Source: Kiloniellaceae bacterium (GTDB lineage Bacteria; Pseudomonadota; Alphaproteobacteria; Kiloniellales; J153). Taken from it: 62,457 nt of DNA. The notes below the pieces were generated by a model. The model was not told the DNA's origin and made no database searches. It worked only from the letters and a program-made list of their open reading frames with translations. Made by a program: the position numbers and the translations under genes. Location: the NCBI GenBank assembly GCA_021776215.1, contig JAJFGI010000028.1:1-62457 (forward strand), in the 5' to 3' direction. Below are positions 42,919 through 52,588 of this stretch, one piece after another; position 1 is the stretch's first letter; the number at the start of each line of letters is the position of its first letter.

Positions 42919-44154
42919 ATGGCACAGCATCCAGATCTTGGCTACTTCGATGAAGGAGCGGACCTGACAGATGCCGGCCTCTATCAGTCGGCCCGACGCC
43001 CCTTTGGCCAGGCCAGCTTGCTGCCGGCCTTGACCTTTCGCTCCAAGGTCTTCAGCGCCCTCGAGGACGAGAAGATTTGGAGCCGCGGCTGGGTTGCCAT
43101 CGGTGTGCTGCCCGACATCCCCGAGGCCGGCGACCTCCTGCCCTTTACCGTCGGCAACCACGGCATCCATGTGCAGCGCAACGACGATGGCGGCCTGACC
43201 GGTCGCTTCAATAAGGCCCAGCACGGCGGTTGCAGGGCCGTGCCGTTGCAATGCCAGACCGGCAGCAAGACAAAGTGCTCCTTCACATCCTGCGGCTTCA
43301 GCCGGGACCGCGATGTCATTCCGGCGGGCGATCTGGCGGACGGCGCTCCGGCCATGCACCAGTATCTAGGCCTGGTTCCGGAGCGATTGCTTCCAGTGAA
43401 GATCGAAACCTTCGGGCCGCTCATCTTCGCCAATCTGGACCCTGGGAGCGACTCGTTGAGGCACACACTTGGCGATCTTCCGAGTCGTATCGGCGATCCG
43501 CTCGGAAGCGCCAACGCACTGTGCTGCAAGAGCTGGCTTGACATCCGGGCGAACTGGAAGCTCGCGGGAACCGATCTGTTCGAATCGCACAGCCCTATGT
43601 CCTCGACGGTTCCAGCACAAGCGATGTCCTTCGATGGCGACCGCAATGGCCCATACGTGCTGGAGACGTTGCCGCTGAATAACGGCCGGGTCAGCCATGC
43701 TAGGAATTTCGATCTTCCAGCCTTACCCGGTTTCTCTTCCGATCATGAAGGCCAGGCCGTGTTCTGCCGGGCTTTCCCGAATCTGCTTTTGGCGCTGCTG
43801 CCAAGCCATGTTGTCAGTATCATCGTCCAACCGTTGAGCATGACCGAAACCCGCCTGCGAATCTCTCTCCTTGCCGGCGAGGCGCACGGCAGAGACGCGG
43901 CCGCTGAAGCCCGACGGTTGCACGATAGCTGGAATGCGGCGATTCAGTGCAACGCAGCCCGAATCGAGTCCTTACAAGACTTTGTTGGCACCTGGGGTAC
44001 CGCAAGCCGCCCCGAAAGCGAGGGCGCGACTCTTCCGGTGGAAGTCTATCCCGAGCGCTATGAGTTTCAGCAATTCCTGATCGGCCGGATACTCGAGAAA
44101 CATATGCACTACTGGAACGCGCCGCTCTATGGCCGTGTGTCGTCAGCGGTCTGA
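42919..44154 (+). CDS. Rieske-type ring-hydroxylating-oxygenase alpha-subunit-like protein with non-canonical cluster and iron motifs
   Basis: Track ORF 42871..44154. The start was chosen at MAQHPDLGYF after SD agggag. The overall layout fits (W..IG...IPEAGDLLPFTVGNHGIHVQRNDDGGLTGRFN... then ANWKL...). However, the expected CxH...CxxH positions read AQH...CSFT, and the NWK...E..D.YH....H iron motif is not visible. Confidence 0.55.
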   Translation: MAQHPDLGYFDEGADLTDAGLYQSARRPFGQASLLPALTFRSKVFSALEDEKIWSRGWVAIGVLPDIPEAGDLLPFTVGNHGIHVQRNDDGGLTGRFNKAQHGGCRAVPLQCQTGSKTKCSFTSCGFSRDRDVIPAGDLADGAPAMHQYLGLVPERLLPVKIETFGPLIFANLDPGSDSLRHTLGDLPSRIGDPLGSANALCCKSWLDIRANWKLAGTDLFESHSPMSSTVPAQAMSFDGDRNGPYVLETLPLNNGRVSHARNFDLPALPGFSSDHEGQAVFCRAFPNLLLALLPSHVVSIIVQPLSMTETRLRISLLAGEAHGRDAAAEARRLHDSWNAAIQCNAARIESLQDFVGTWGTASRPESEGATLPVEVYPERYEFQQFLIGRILEKHMHYWNAPLYGRVSSAV

Positions 44155-44212
44155 CGCCTTGCGCGCGGCGAGGGCACCTATGGACAGCAGTGGAAGTGCG
44201 AAGGGGACAAAA

Positions 44213-44881
44213 ATGAAACTCAACGATGCGGCCAAGGAGGCCTACCTGCGCGGCGACTATGAGCAGGCCATGGAGCTCTGGCGTCCGCTGGCCGAGGCGG
44301 GCGACACAGAGGCGCAGGCCTGGATCGGGTCTCTCTATGCCAACGGGGAGGGGGTGGCCACCGATAGTGCGGTCGCCTTCTACTGGTACCTCGAAGCTGC
44401 GGAGCGCGGTTCCTTGCAAGCGCAGGCAAACGTGGGCGCATTGTATTTCATGGGGCAGGGTGTCGAGAAGAACCTGGATGAGGCCGTCAGGTGGCTTTCC
44501 GCCGCGGCTGATGGCGGCGATATCTACGCGATCTTCAACTTGGCGACGCTCTATGCAAAGGGGGAGGGCGTGCCGGAGAATCTGGAACGTGCCGCCAAGT
44601 ACTATCGCATTGCCGCCGAGCGCGGCCACTACCCTTCGCAATCGCGGCTCGGCTTCATGTACGCTCAGGGTCGCGGTCTATCGAAGGACCGCGTTCAGGC
44701 CTATCTCTGGCTCACCCTGGCGGCGCAGCATGGCATCGGAAGCGCCCTGACCGCCCTGGAATCGGTCATCGGGGACATGTCGGCCGAGGAGAAGGCTGAG
44801 GGCATGAGCCTGTTCGACGCGTGGCGTGGCAAGACGCAAGCTGTTTCCGGCCAGGGCGCCCTCTATCCGCAGCCCGCGTGA
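44213..44881 (+). CDS. Sel1-repeat (SLR/TPR-like) protein
   Basis: Track ORF 44129..44881. It carries five or six Sel1 repeats (AQAWIGSLYANGEGVATDSAVAFYWYLEAAERG, AQANVGALYFMGQGVEKNLDEAVRWL..., and so on). Confidence 0.8.
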   Translation: MKLNDAAKEAYLRGDYEQAMELWRPLAEAGDTEAQAWIGSLYANGEGVATDSAVAFYWYLEAAERGSLQAQANVGALYFMGQGVEKNLDEAVRWLSAAADGGDIYAIFNLATLYAKGEGVPENLERAAKYYRIAAERGHYPSQSRLGFMYAQGRGLSKDRVQAYLWLTLAAQHGIGSALTALESVIGDMSAEEKAEGMSLFDAWRGKTQAVSGQGALYPQPA

Positions 44882-44956
44882 GCAAGGCTCGCGACCGCCA
44901 GCAAGGGCGCGCCCACCGATGGAGACACAAGACCACCGAGAGACGAGGTTCCGGCA

Positions 44957-45262
44957 ATGGTTTACAGCGTCCAGCAGATCAAGTTCGAGATGCTCTCCTA
45001 CATGAAAGAGTATGGCGGCGGCTTCCACGACTGGTACGTGGGCGTGGCCAGCGATCCATTGTTGACCATGACGCAAGAGCACAAGGTCGACAAGGAACGG
45101 GACATCTGGCTCTACAAACAAGCCCTTTCTTTCACCGCGTGCAGAACGCTGCAACGCTATTTCCTCGAAACCCTGAAAACCGATGGCATTCCGGTGCAGA
45201 GGGGTGCCGACGATACCGATTGCATTTATCTGTACAAGAAGAGCGAGGAAACATCGCCGTGA
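44957..45262 (+). CDS. Hypothetical protein (101 aa)
   Basis: Track ORF. Codon usage is coding-like, and it is co-directional with its neighbours. I recognise no family. Confidence 0.45.
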   Translation: MVYSVQQIKFEMLSYMKEYGGGFHDWYVGVASDPLLTMTQEHKVDKERDIWLYKQALSFTACRTLQRYFLETLKTDGIPVQRGADDTDCIYLYKKSEETSP

Positions 45263-45368
45263 GAAAGTCGCGGCGTTGACTAGATAGATGTCGCCGCCAA
45301 GTCGGAGCATAGCCGCGGCGGAAGACAGACGAGGAGTACGGCACGCAGCGACCGAAAAGGTAAAGGGT

Positions 45369-46754
45369 ATGAGCAGAACCTCAAAAAGGCTCGCTCTAGC
45401 GGGCTGTCTGATGGCTCTCTCCGCGGTCGCGCTCTTGCTTGTGGCGATCACTCTCAAGCCCCTGCCTCTGCCCTTCTTGTCGTTCTATCTGCAGAGGATC
45501 CTGGACCAGCGGTACCATGCCTACGAAGTCGAGTTCGACGAGGCCCGCCTGCGCTGGCTGCTGCTTGAGGATTCGCTGCATGTCCAGCTCCGGGGCGTAA
45601 GGGCCGTCGACTTCGACGGCGACGTGATTGCCGAGGTTCCCGAGGTTCTGGTCGGCGTTGCCTTTACGTCGCTTCTCGGCGGCGACTTGATTCTCCAAGA
45701 GGTAAGTGTGCGTGACGCTCGGCTCGGCTTCTATCGAACCTCGGGTGGCGCGGTGAAGTTCGACGTCGGCATAGGTAAAGAGGGCGCTGCGGGCGAGATC
45801 CTGCAAAACCTCCTGATAGATATTGCGGTCGCGGACGCGGCCGTTGGAGCCGACGCCGTCTTTCCCAAAGTCTCCCTATTGGCCGCGGATATTACCTTGG
45901 GCGACGAGGTCTCCGGCGCCTATCTCCGGGTGCCCGCAGCGGACATTCTCTTGGCGCCAGATTCACAGGGCGTGCGAAGCACTTACGATCTCGAGGTGGA
46001 GACGAGCGGCGGGCGGCTGCGGCTCTCCGCGGAAAGCCTCTACAAGACGTCGGATCAGCGGATCGATCTGACGTTGGAGCTCAACCGTATCCGACCGGCC
46101 ATCCTGGCCGAGATCCTACCACGCATGGGCTTTCTGGCGCCTTTCGAGGTGCCGCTCTCGGGCACCATATTGCTTGAGCTCGACAAGTTCTTCAACGTGT
46201 CGAGCGTCAACTTCGACCTGGTCGGCGGGCCCGGAAGCCTGGAGTTGGCGGATTACAGCGGCCTCAACCTCTACCTGCGGGGTCTGTCGGCCAGCGGCAG
46301 AGCAACGAACGGGCTCAAGAGCCTGAACCTCACCGAACTGAAACTCAACTTCGACGGCGCCAAGATTGTCATGAGTGGTCTGCTGTCGATAAGCGGTCAG
46401 ATCCTAACGGTGACGACGAGGCTCGTTGCCGTCGATACCACTCTGGCAGCACTGGTGCCGCGCTGGTTCTCGCAGCTTAACAATGTCTTGGTACGGAGCG
46501 CGGACCGGCAGGCAGGCGATCGAAAGATCACGGAGCTGTTCTTCGAGGGACGCTACGATATCGGACGGGGCGAGCTTCAAGGAGAAGGCCGGATCTCGTA
46601 CGGCGACAAGAACGTGGCAATCGACGCCCCCCTGGCTTCCGGCACAGAAATCCAGGATTCCTTGGCGCCCTCCACGCAGTTTCTTGTCAACGGCCCGATT
46701 GATGCTCCCAACTTCGTCATCGTGCCTAACAAGGGGCAGCCGAGCCCTCCATAG
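45369..46754 (+). CDS. Membrane-anchored AsmA/DUF3971-like beta-rich protein (short form)
   Basis: Track ORF 45288..46754. The start was chosen at MSRTSKRLALAGCLMALSAVALLLVAITL (N-terminal anchor). It continues with repetitive beta-strand-like segments (LRGVRAVDFDGDVIAEVPEVLVGV..., ITLGDEVSGAYLRVPAADILL...). The family call is from pattern only. Confidence 0.45.
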   Translation: MSRTSKRLALAGCLMALSAVALLLVAITLKPLPLPFLSFYLQRILDQRYHAYEVEFDEARLRWLLLEDSLHVQLRGVRAVDFDGDVIAEVPEVLVGVAFTSLLGGDLILQEVSVRDARLGFYRTSGGAVKFDVGIGKEGAAGEILQNLLIDIAVADAAVGADAVFPKVSLLAADITLGDEVSGAYLRVPAADILLAPDSQGVRSTYDLEVETSGGRLRLSAESLYKTSDQRIDLTLELNRIRPAILAEILPRMGFLAPFEVPLSGTILLELDKFFNVSSVNFDLVGGPGSLELADYSGLNLYLRGLSASGRATNGLKSLNLTELKLNFDGAKIVMSGLLSISGQILTVTTRLVAVDTTLAALVPRWFSQLNNVLVRSADRQAGDRKITELFFEGRYDIGRGELQGEGRISYGDKNVAIDAPLASGTEIQDSLAPSTQFLVNGPIDAPNFVIVPNKGQPSPP

Positions 46755-46972
46755 AAAGCCCGGGGCGCCAGCCAGCCCGGGCTCCTCCGCCGCGCCGCCG
46801 CACTGCGGTCCCATCATGTCCGGGCGCGATCTCTATACTACCAAATGGCAGTAGAGAATGTTAAAGTTGCCATACTCTTCGTCCATATGGCCAGATATAA
46901 AGCGGAGAGTGCCTGCTCAGATAGTTACTATTGTCTCCGATTCTACTGTCGGATGAGCGTGAGACCAGGAGA

Positions 46973-48364
46973 ATGCGTGGGGATAAAGGCTCCAGGGGCG
47001 AAAAGACAGCCCAGCGAACGGACCCGGGCAAGGACAGTTCTGCCGGTCGAGGGGCCCCATCGCTGAGCAGACGCGGCTTCGTTCGTTCCTCATCGGCTCT
47101 GGCGGCCTCGGCTTGGCTGCCCGGATTGCCCTTTGGCGCGCACTCCACTCCGAGGTCGCCTTGGATTACGCGACGGGGAACGATCAAGATCGGCTTGCTC
47201 TGGTCTCTGACCGGACATCTGTCGGTGATAGAGAAGCCCTCCCGCGACGTCGGGCTGTTCTGGATCGACTCCATCAACAAAGGCGGAGGCATAGCCGGAA
47301 TTCTCATCGAGCCCATCGTGATCGACGCAATGTCGGATATGAGGACCTATCGGCAAGGTGTCCTCGACATGATGCTGAAGGAGAACGTGCTGGCCATTTT
47401 TGGCGGCTACACTTCGGCCAGCCGTCGGGCCGTCATGCCGCTGGTCACGCTCAATGGCGGCCTTTTCTATTACCCGACCTGCTACGAAGGGCGGGAATGC
47501 TGGCAGCACATCATCTGTACCGGTCCGATAGCCAATCAGCATTCCTTCGATCTGATACCCTACATGGTGGAGAACTACGGTCCGCGCGCCTACTTCATCG
47601 GTTCCAACTACGTTTGGCCCAAGGAGTCTAATCGCAATGCCCGCCGCTGGCTCAAGGACGCTGGAGGCGAATTGGTCGGCGAAGCCTACATGCCGTTGGG
47701 TTTAGATCACTTCGATCCGATCTTCAGGGATGTGAAACGGCAGCATCCCGACTGGATCTTCTCCACGGTCATAGGGGACTCCGACGTCTACCTGCGCCAG
47801 CAGTACATCAAGGCGGGTTTCACGCCCGACAAGCTGCCGACCGCATCGCTGACGACCTCCGAGATGGAGGTCAAGATGATGGGCTTCGAGTACGGCGAGG
47901 GGCACATTCTGTCGGCGCCTTACTTTCAGAGCCTGAGCAATCCCGCCAACGAGAGGTTTGTCGAAAAATTCCTCGACAGCCCTTACGGCGAGAGCGGCGT
48001 GACCCATTACAATATGGAGGAGACTTACCTGGCTTTTCTGTACTTCCAGAAAGCAGTCGAAAGAATCGTAATGGCGGAGGGGCCGCCGGCCCTTACGCCG
48101 GCCAACGTCAGGCGTTATTCCGCAGACCTCAAGCTGACGGCGGACGAATCTCCCGAGGGAGCGGTCCATCTCGACGCCAACAACTTCAATAGCTGGCTTA
48201 CGCCCAAGATCGGACGCTTCACGGGCAAGGGTCAGATCGAAGTTCTGTTCGAGCAAAAGCACAAGATTCCGCCGCTGCCTTACCTGCTCTATCCCAATCG
48301 CGGGCGGTGCGAAGAAGACGGGCTGCATCTGCCGGGCGGCAAGGTCGTTAAGGCGGCTTCCTAG
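46973..48364 (+). CDS. Orphan Tat-exported AmiC/FmdD/UrtA-family amide/urea-binding protein (paralogue of 34690..36003)
   Basis: Track ORF 46931..48364. The start is uncertain (TTG at 46931 or ATG at 46973). Twin-arginine motif LSRRGFVRSSSALAASAW. Long blocks are shared with the first binding protein (GGYTSASRRAV, YYPTCYEGREC, IGSNYVWPKESN, ASLTTSEMEV, GVTHYNMEETYL). No permease or ATPase follows. Confidence 0.8.
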   Translation: MRGDKGSRGEKTAQRTDPGKDSSAGRGAPSLSRRGFVRSSSALAASAWLPGLPFGAHSTPRSPWITRRGTIKIGLLWSLTGHLSVIEKPSRDVGLFWIDSINKGGGIAGILIEPIVIDAMSDMRTYRQGVLDMMLKENVLAIFGGYTSASRRAVMPLVTLNGGLFYYPTCYEGRECWQHIICTGPIANQHSFDLIPYMVENYGPRAYFIGSNYVWPKESNRNARRWLKDAGGELVGEAYMPLGLDHFDPIFRDVKRQHPDWIFSTVIGDSDVYLRQQYIKAGFTPDKLPTASLTTSEMEVKMMGFEYGEGHILSAPYFQSLSNPANERFVEKFLDSPYGESGVTHYNMEETYLAFLYFQKAVERIVMAEGPPALTPANVRRYSADLKLTADESPEGAVHLDANNFNSWLTPKIGRFTGKGQIEVLFEQKHKIPPLPYLLYPNRGRCEEDGLHLPGGKVVKAAS

Positions 48365-48407
48365 CTACATGAGGCAAATTGTCACCGTCAGTTTCGAGGT
48401 TTGAATA

Positions 48408-50480
48408 GTGGGTAGCATCAGAAAGCTCATAAATCGCCTCTCCGTAGGCCAGAAGGTCATGACCGTAATCATCGTCGAGGTGATGTCCTATACGATGGTC
48501 ACGACGATAGCTCTTATGCAGATCCATGCAGTCGGCACCGAGGTCAAGCAGATGTCCGACCTCTACCTACCGCTGTTCTCCTCCACGGAATCGATTAGGC
48601 AGCAGATTCAGGAAGGCAGGCTCAATCTGCGCGAAATCATCTTCGTTGGCGACCGGGTCGTCTACGACAAGGATGCCGAGGAAACCTACATCGCGGCGCG
48701 CGTCCGATACCAGGACGGCAACAGAGACATCACGTATCAGATCAGTTGGGCCGAGAATCTGATCGGACAGTCTGTCCGTCAGTCGACCGACGGCAACAGC
48801 CTGATTAAACAATACAGCCCGCGACTTTTGACCCAGCTCTCGAACATTCAGCAGGCCAGCCGGATACATAACAAGAGGGCGGAGAAGATCTTCCGGCACG
48901 TGGAGGACGGATCCTTCCTCATGGGCATGGAGATGGTCGACGAGATGTCGGCCAGCGAAGCCGTCCTGAACAGAGAGTTGGACAATCTGGTTTCCTACTT
49001 GCAGGAACTGAAGAAGGCGTCAGTCGACTATGCGATTAACGTCGAGAAGATGGCATCGATTTTCACCATTCTCGCGTCGATCATCACCGTTTGCGTGGTT
49101 ATCGCGATCTTCTTCTACATCGTGAAGAGGAATATATCCAAACCGCTGCACATACTTACGGACGCGATCAATTCCTTCAATGCGATGACGGAGGTGCGCG
49201 AAACGGAGTCGGAGCGTGACCTGATGGGACGCGGCGACGAACTTGGCATGGTAAGCCGAAGCCTCAACAAGTTGAAGCACGACCTTTGGGCCCAAGGACA
49301 TGACCTGCGCGCGGCCAAGGAAGAGGCAGAGCGGGCCAACAGGGCCAAGTCGCATTTTCTCGCGGCGGCGAGCCACGACCTGCGGCAGCCCCTGCATACC
49401 ATGCAGATGTATATCGCCGCTCTCAGGCACAAGCTTCACGACAAGGATACGCTTTCCATCGTCGCCGACATCGATGCTGTCTCGATCTCCACGGGACGTT
49501 TGCTGAATGCCTTGCTCGATGTTTCCCAGCTGGAGGCCGGTGCGGTAAAACCTCAGTTCGTGGACTTCCCCGTGCAGGAAGTCATGCGGCGCGTGGCGCG
49601 CGCCTTCAAGCCCTTGGCCTACCGCAAGAACCTCAGACTGCGCGTCGTGCCATCCAGTGCCTTCGTGCGCAGCGACCCCGTGCTTCTGGAGCGCATCATC
49701 GGCAACTTCGCCTCGAACGCTATGCAGTACACCGACAAAGGCTCTGTTTTACTGGGCTGCCGGTTGCGCGGCGGACAGCTGGCCATCGAGGTGTGGGATA
49801 CCGGACCTGGAATCCCCAGCGACCAGGCGACCGCTATCTTTGAGGACTTTCACCAGTTGCATAACAAGGAGCGCGATCGAGACAAAGGATTGGGCCTGGG
49901 GTTGGCTATTGTGCGGCGCCTAGTGACTTGCTTGGGCCACCGACTCGAGCATGATTCGAAGGTTGGTCAAGGATCTCGCTTCGCCGTGCTGGTTGACATT
50001 GCGGAAAAGACGGCGGTGGCGAATGAAGAGGAGGAGCAGTTCGAGCAGTTCCTCCGGGATCTGCGCAATATCGTCGTGCTGTTGATCGAAGACGATTTAC
50101 CTGCCCTCAATGCCACTCAGCAGCTGCTTAATTTCTGGGGCTGCCGCGTTCTTCCCGCACGATCCCTTGACGAGGCTTTGGTAAAGGTCTCTGAGTCGGC
50201 CGCGACGCCTGACATCGTAGTGGCCGACTACCGGCTGCCTGGTGGACTCAACGGCACTGACGCGATAACCCGGGTTCAGCTCGCGCTGGGCGTCGCTATC
50301 CCGGCGATCATCATCACCGGCGAGGTCCAGACCGAGGAGATCAAGGAAATCTCGGAGTTGGGCTATCGCGTGCTTTTCAAGCCGGTACGACCCGCGAAGC
50401 TTCGTGCCCTCATGACTCATCTCCTTCTGCAGCGCGCCGCGCCGCCGCAGCCCGAAGGAGATGTCAGATGGAGCGCTTGA
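48408..50480 (+). CDS. Hybrid sensor histidine kinase/response regulator with a helical periplasmic domain and HAMP
   Basis: Track ORF, 690 aa, GTG start. TM1 is VMTVIIVEVMSYTMVTTIALM. A largely helical periplasmic region of about 165 residues follows, then TM2 IFTILASIITVCVVIAIFFYIV and a HAMP domain. The H-box is SHFLAAASHDLRQPLH. HATPase_c motifs DTGPGI and GLGLGL are present. The C-terminal REC domain has VVLLIEDD...IVVADYRLPGGLNG. Confidence 0.85.
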   Translation: MGSIRKLINRLSVGQKVMTVIIVEVMSYTMVTTIALMQIHAVGTEVKQMSDLYLPLFSSTESIRQQIQEGRLNLREIIFVGDRVVYDKDAEETYIAARVRYQDGNRDITYQISWAENLIGQSVRQSTDGNSLIKQYSPRLLTQLSNIQQASRIHNKRAEKIFRHVEDGSFLMGMEMVDEMSASEAVLNRELDNLVSYLQELKKASVDYAINVEKMASIFTILASIITVCVVIAIFFYIVKRNISKPLHILTDAINSFNAMTEVRETESERDLMGRGDELGMVSRSLNKLKHDLWAQGHDLRAAKEEAERANRAKSHFLAAASHDLRQPLHTMQMYIAALRHKLHDKDTLSIVADIDAVSISTGRLLNALLDVSQLEAGAVKPQFVDFPVQEVMRRVARAFKPLAYRKNLRLRVVPSSAFVRSDPVLLERIIGNFASNAMQYTDKGSVLLGCRLRGGQLAIEVWDTGPGIPSDQATAIFEDFHQLHNKERDRDKGLGLGLAIVRRLVTCLGHRLEHDSKVGQGSRFAVLVDIAEKTAVANEEEEQFEQFLRDLRNIVVLLIEDDLPALNATQQLLNFWGCRVLPARSLDEALVKVSESAATPDIVVADYRLPGGLNGTDAITRVQLALGVAIPAIIITGEVQTEEIKEISELGYRVLFKPVRPAKLRALMTHLLLQRAAPPQPEGDVRWSA

Positions 50481-50722
50481 CTCCGGGAAGCGCAGTTGTA
50501 CTCGCGACTATGCCGACCGCTACGGCCGCGCGTTGCACTTGGCCATCATGACCGTCGCCATTGCTCCCTCATGCAACGGGAAAAGATCAAATGGGACGCG
50601 ATCGCCCAATGGCGCTTGCAATACCAAAACGCCGCCTCTTAAACTCAACAACCAGATGAGCTAGAACCTTCGCTAAACAACCGCATCTAAAGTCTCAATT
50701 GCTCTGACAACGAACAGTATAC

Positions 50723-51190
50723 ATGCACCTAGTCACCTCCTTACTCGGCAACGCGGATGACCCGGAGCTTCATGACGTGCTGCACCGCCTCGAACACGCC
50801 GGGCGGGTCGAGTGGCTGGTGCTGCCCCGCGCCGATATGGCGCGCCGACGCCTACGCGCTGTCACGGACCAGGGCAGCGAAATCGCCGTTGCGCTGCCGC
50901 GCGATGTCTCCCTGTTCGACAAGGCGGTGCTAGTGCTAAGCGACAATCAGGCCGTGGTGCTGCGGGTCGAGGCGGAAAACTGGCTCTGCCTCAAGCCCCA
51001 CGATCAGGCGGCCGCGCTCGCCCTAGGCTACCACGCCGGAAATCTGCACTGGCGCGTGCGATTTGACGGCGCGGTGCTACAGGTCGCATTGGAAGCCCCC
51101 GTCGAAAGCTACGTCCAACGGCTACACACCTTCATCGAGGACGGCCGAGTCTCCATCGAGCCGCCAGCAGTGGCAGCGCAAGGAGAATAG
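50723..51190 (+). CDS. ureE: Urease accessory protein UreE (no His-rich tail)
   Basis: Track ORF, 155 aa. It has the UreE N- and C-domain pattern (RRRLRAVTDQGSEIAVALPR, LGYHAGNLHWRV). The C-terminus ...IEPPAVAAQGE lacks a poly-His tract. Confidence 0.8.
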   Translation: MHLVTSLLGNADDPELHDVLHRLEHAGRVEWLVLPRADMARRRLRAVTDQGSEIAVALPRDVSLFDKAVLVLSDNQAVVLRVEAENWLCLKPHDQAAALALGYHAGNLHWRVRFDGAVLQVALEAPVESYVQRLHTFIEDGRVSIEPPAVAAQGE

Positions 51191-51192
51191 GG

Positions 51193-51870
51193 ATGACCGA
51201 CGATTTCCTTAACATGCTGCGTCTGCTACAAATTTCCGACAGTAGCTTTCCCACCGGCGGCTTCGCCTTCTCGAACGGTCTGGAAACTCTAGCCAGCGAA
51301 AGCGCACTGGCCACGGCCGACGATGTCGAGAGATTTCTGCGCGATCAACTGTTGACCCGCTGGGCGACCTTTGACCGCTGGTTCTTGGGCCGTGCGCTTG
51401 AAGCCGACGGTAAAATTCCCGTGCTCAGCGAACTGGACTGGCTCTGCGATGCCCAGAACAACGTGCATAGCCTCTCCGTGGCGTCGCGTCGCATGGGCCG
51501 TGCCATACTCTCCAGCCATGAGCGAATTGGTATGCCACAGGCAGGCGCTTATCTGGCGGCGATGCGCGACGAGACCGCCCTCGGTCACCTTCCCGTCGCG
51601 CAAGGCCTAGTCGCCGCGGGACTCGGGCTGCCCCGGAACATCGCGGAGGTCTCGGCGGTGCACCAACTGATTGTCGGCGCGCTGTCGGCGGCGATACGCC
51701 TCGGCAAACTCGGCGCCCTGCAGGCCCAGGTCATCCACACCGCCCTCACCCCTGCCATAGCTGACCTGCTGGATGCGCCCCTGCCGGAAGTGCCGCATAG
51801 CTTCACGCCGCTGGCCGACATTGCCGCGATGCGCCACGGCGACCATGCAACCCGTCTCTTCGCTGCCTAG
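51193..51870 (+). CDS. ureF: Urease accessory protein UreF
   Basis: Track ORF, 225 aa, with the family-typical [21 protein letters not shown]. Confidence 0.85.
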   Translation: MTDDFLNMLRLLQISDSSFPTGGFAFSNGLETLASESALATADDVERFLRDQLLTRWATFDRWFLGRALEADGKIPVLSELDWLCDAQNNVHSLSVASRRMGRAILSSHERIGMPQAGAYLAAMRDETALGHLPVAQGLVAAGLGLPRNIAEVSAVHQLIVGALSAAIRLGKLGALQAQVIHTALTPAIADLLDAPLPEVPHSFTPLADIAAMRHGDHATRLFAA

Positions 51871-51884
51871 AGGGAACATTACCA

Positions 51885-52583
51885 ATGCTTCTTACTCCGA
51901 CGGAAATGGAAAGGCTGACCATCTACACCGCCGCCGAGATGGCGCGGCGGCGTCGACAAAAGGGACTGAAGCTGAATTACCCGGAAGCCGTTGCGCTGAT
52001 CAGCGACGAGATCCTGGAGGGCGCCCGCGAGGGGCGCAGCGTCTCCGACCTCATTTCCTTCGGTTCGACCATCCTCACCACCGATGACGTCATGCCGGGC
52101 ATCTCTGACATGATGCAAATGATCCAGGTCGAGGCGACTTTTCCGGACGGCACCAAGTTGGTGACAGTGCATGACCCGATCCGCCCCGGCGAGGAAGCCC
52201 TCGATGAAACGGCCGCTGCTCCGGGCGCCATTGTGGCCATGGATGGGGACATCGAACTCAACGCTGGCCGTGAAAAGACGGCGCTGAAGGTGCTCAACAC
52301 CGGCGACCGTCCGGTGCAAATCGGCAGCCACTTCCATTTCTTCGAGGTCAACAAGGCACTCAGTTTCGACCGCTCTGCCACGTTCGGCAAGCGTCTGGAT
52401 ATTCCCGCCGGCACTGCCGTGCGTTTCGAGCCCGGCCAAAGCAAGGAGGTCACCCTGATACCCCTTGGCGGCAAGGGCGTGGTCGGCGGTCTCAACGCAC
52501 TCACCAACGGCGAGACAGCCTCCGCCGATGCCAAGAAAGCAGCCCTGGAGCGGGCCCGCGCCGCCGGATTCAAGGGAGCTTAA
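51885..52583 (+). CDS. ureAB: Fused urease gamma/beta subunit
   Basis: Track ORF, 232 aa. The gamma part is [53 protein letters not shown]...[18 protein letters not shown]. After a short linker comes the beta part, [44 protein letters not shown]. Confidence 0.85.
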   Translation: MLLTPTEMERLTIYTAAEMARRRRQKGLKLNYPEAVALISDEILEGAREGRSVSDLISFGSTILTTDDVMPGISDMMQMIQVEATFPDGTKLVTVHDPIRPGEEALDETAAAPGAIVAMDGDIELNAGREKTALKVLNTGDRPVQIGSHFHFFEVNKALSFDRSATFGKRLDIPAGTAVRFEPGQSKEVTLIPLGGKGVVGGLNALTNGETASADAKKAALERARAAGFKGA

Positions 52584-52588
52584 GCGTC

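Noticed and set aside
41788-43359. 523-aa minus-strand ORF
   Set aside because: It is antisense to the DMFase-like large subunit and to the Rieske-like gene, both of which have strong family motifs.
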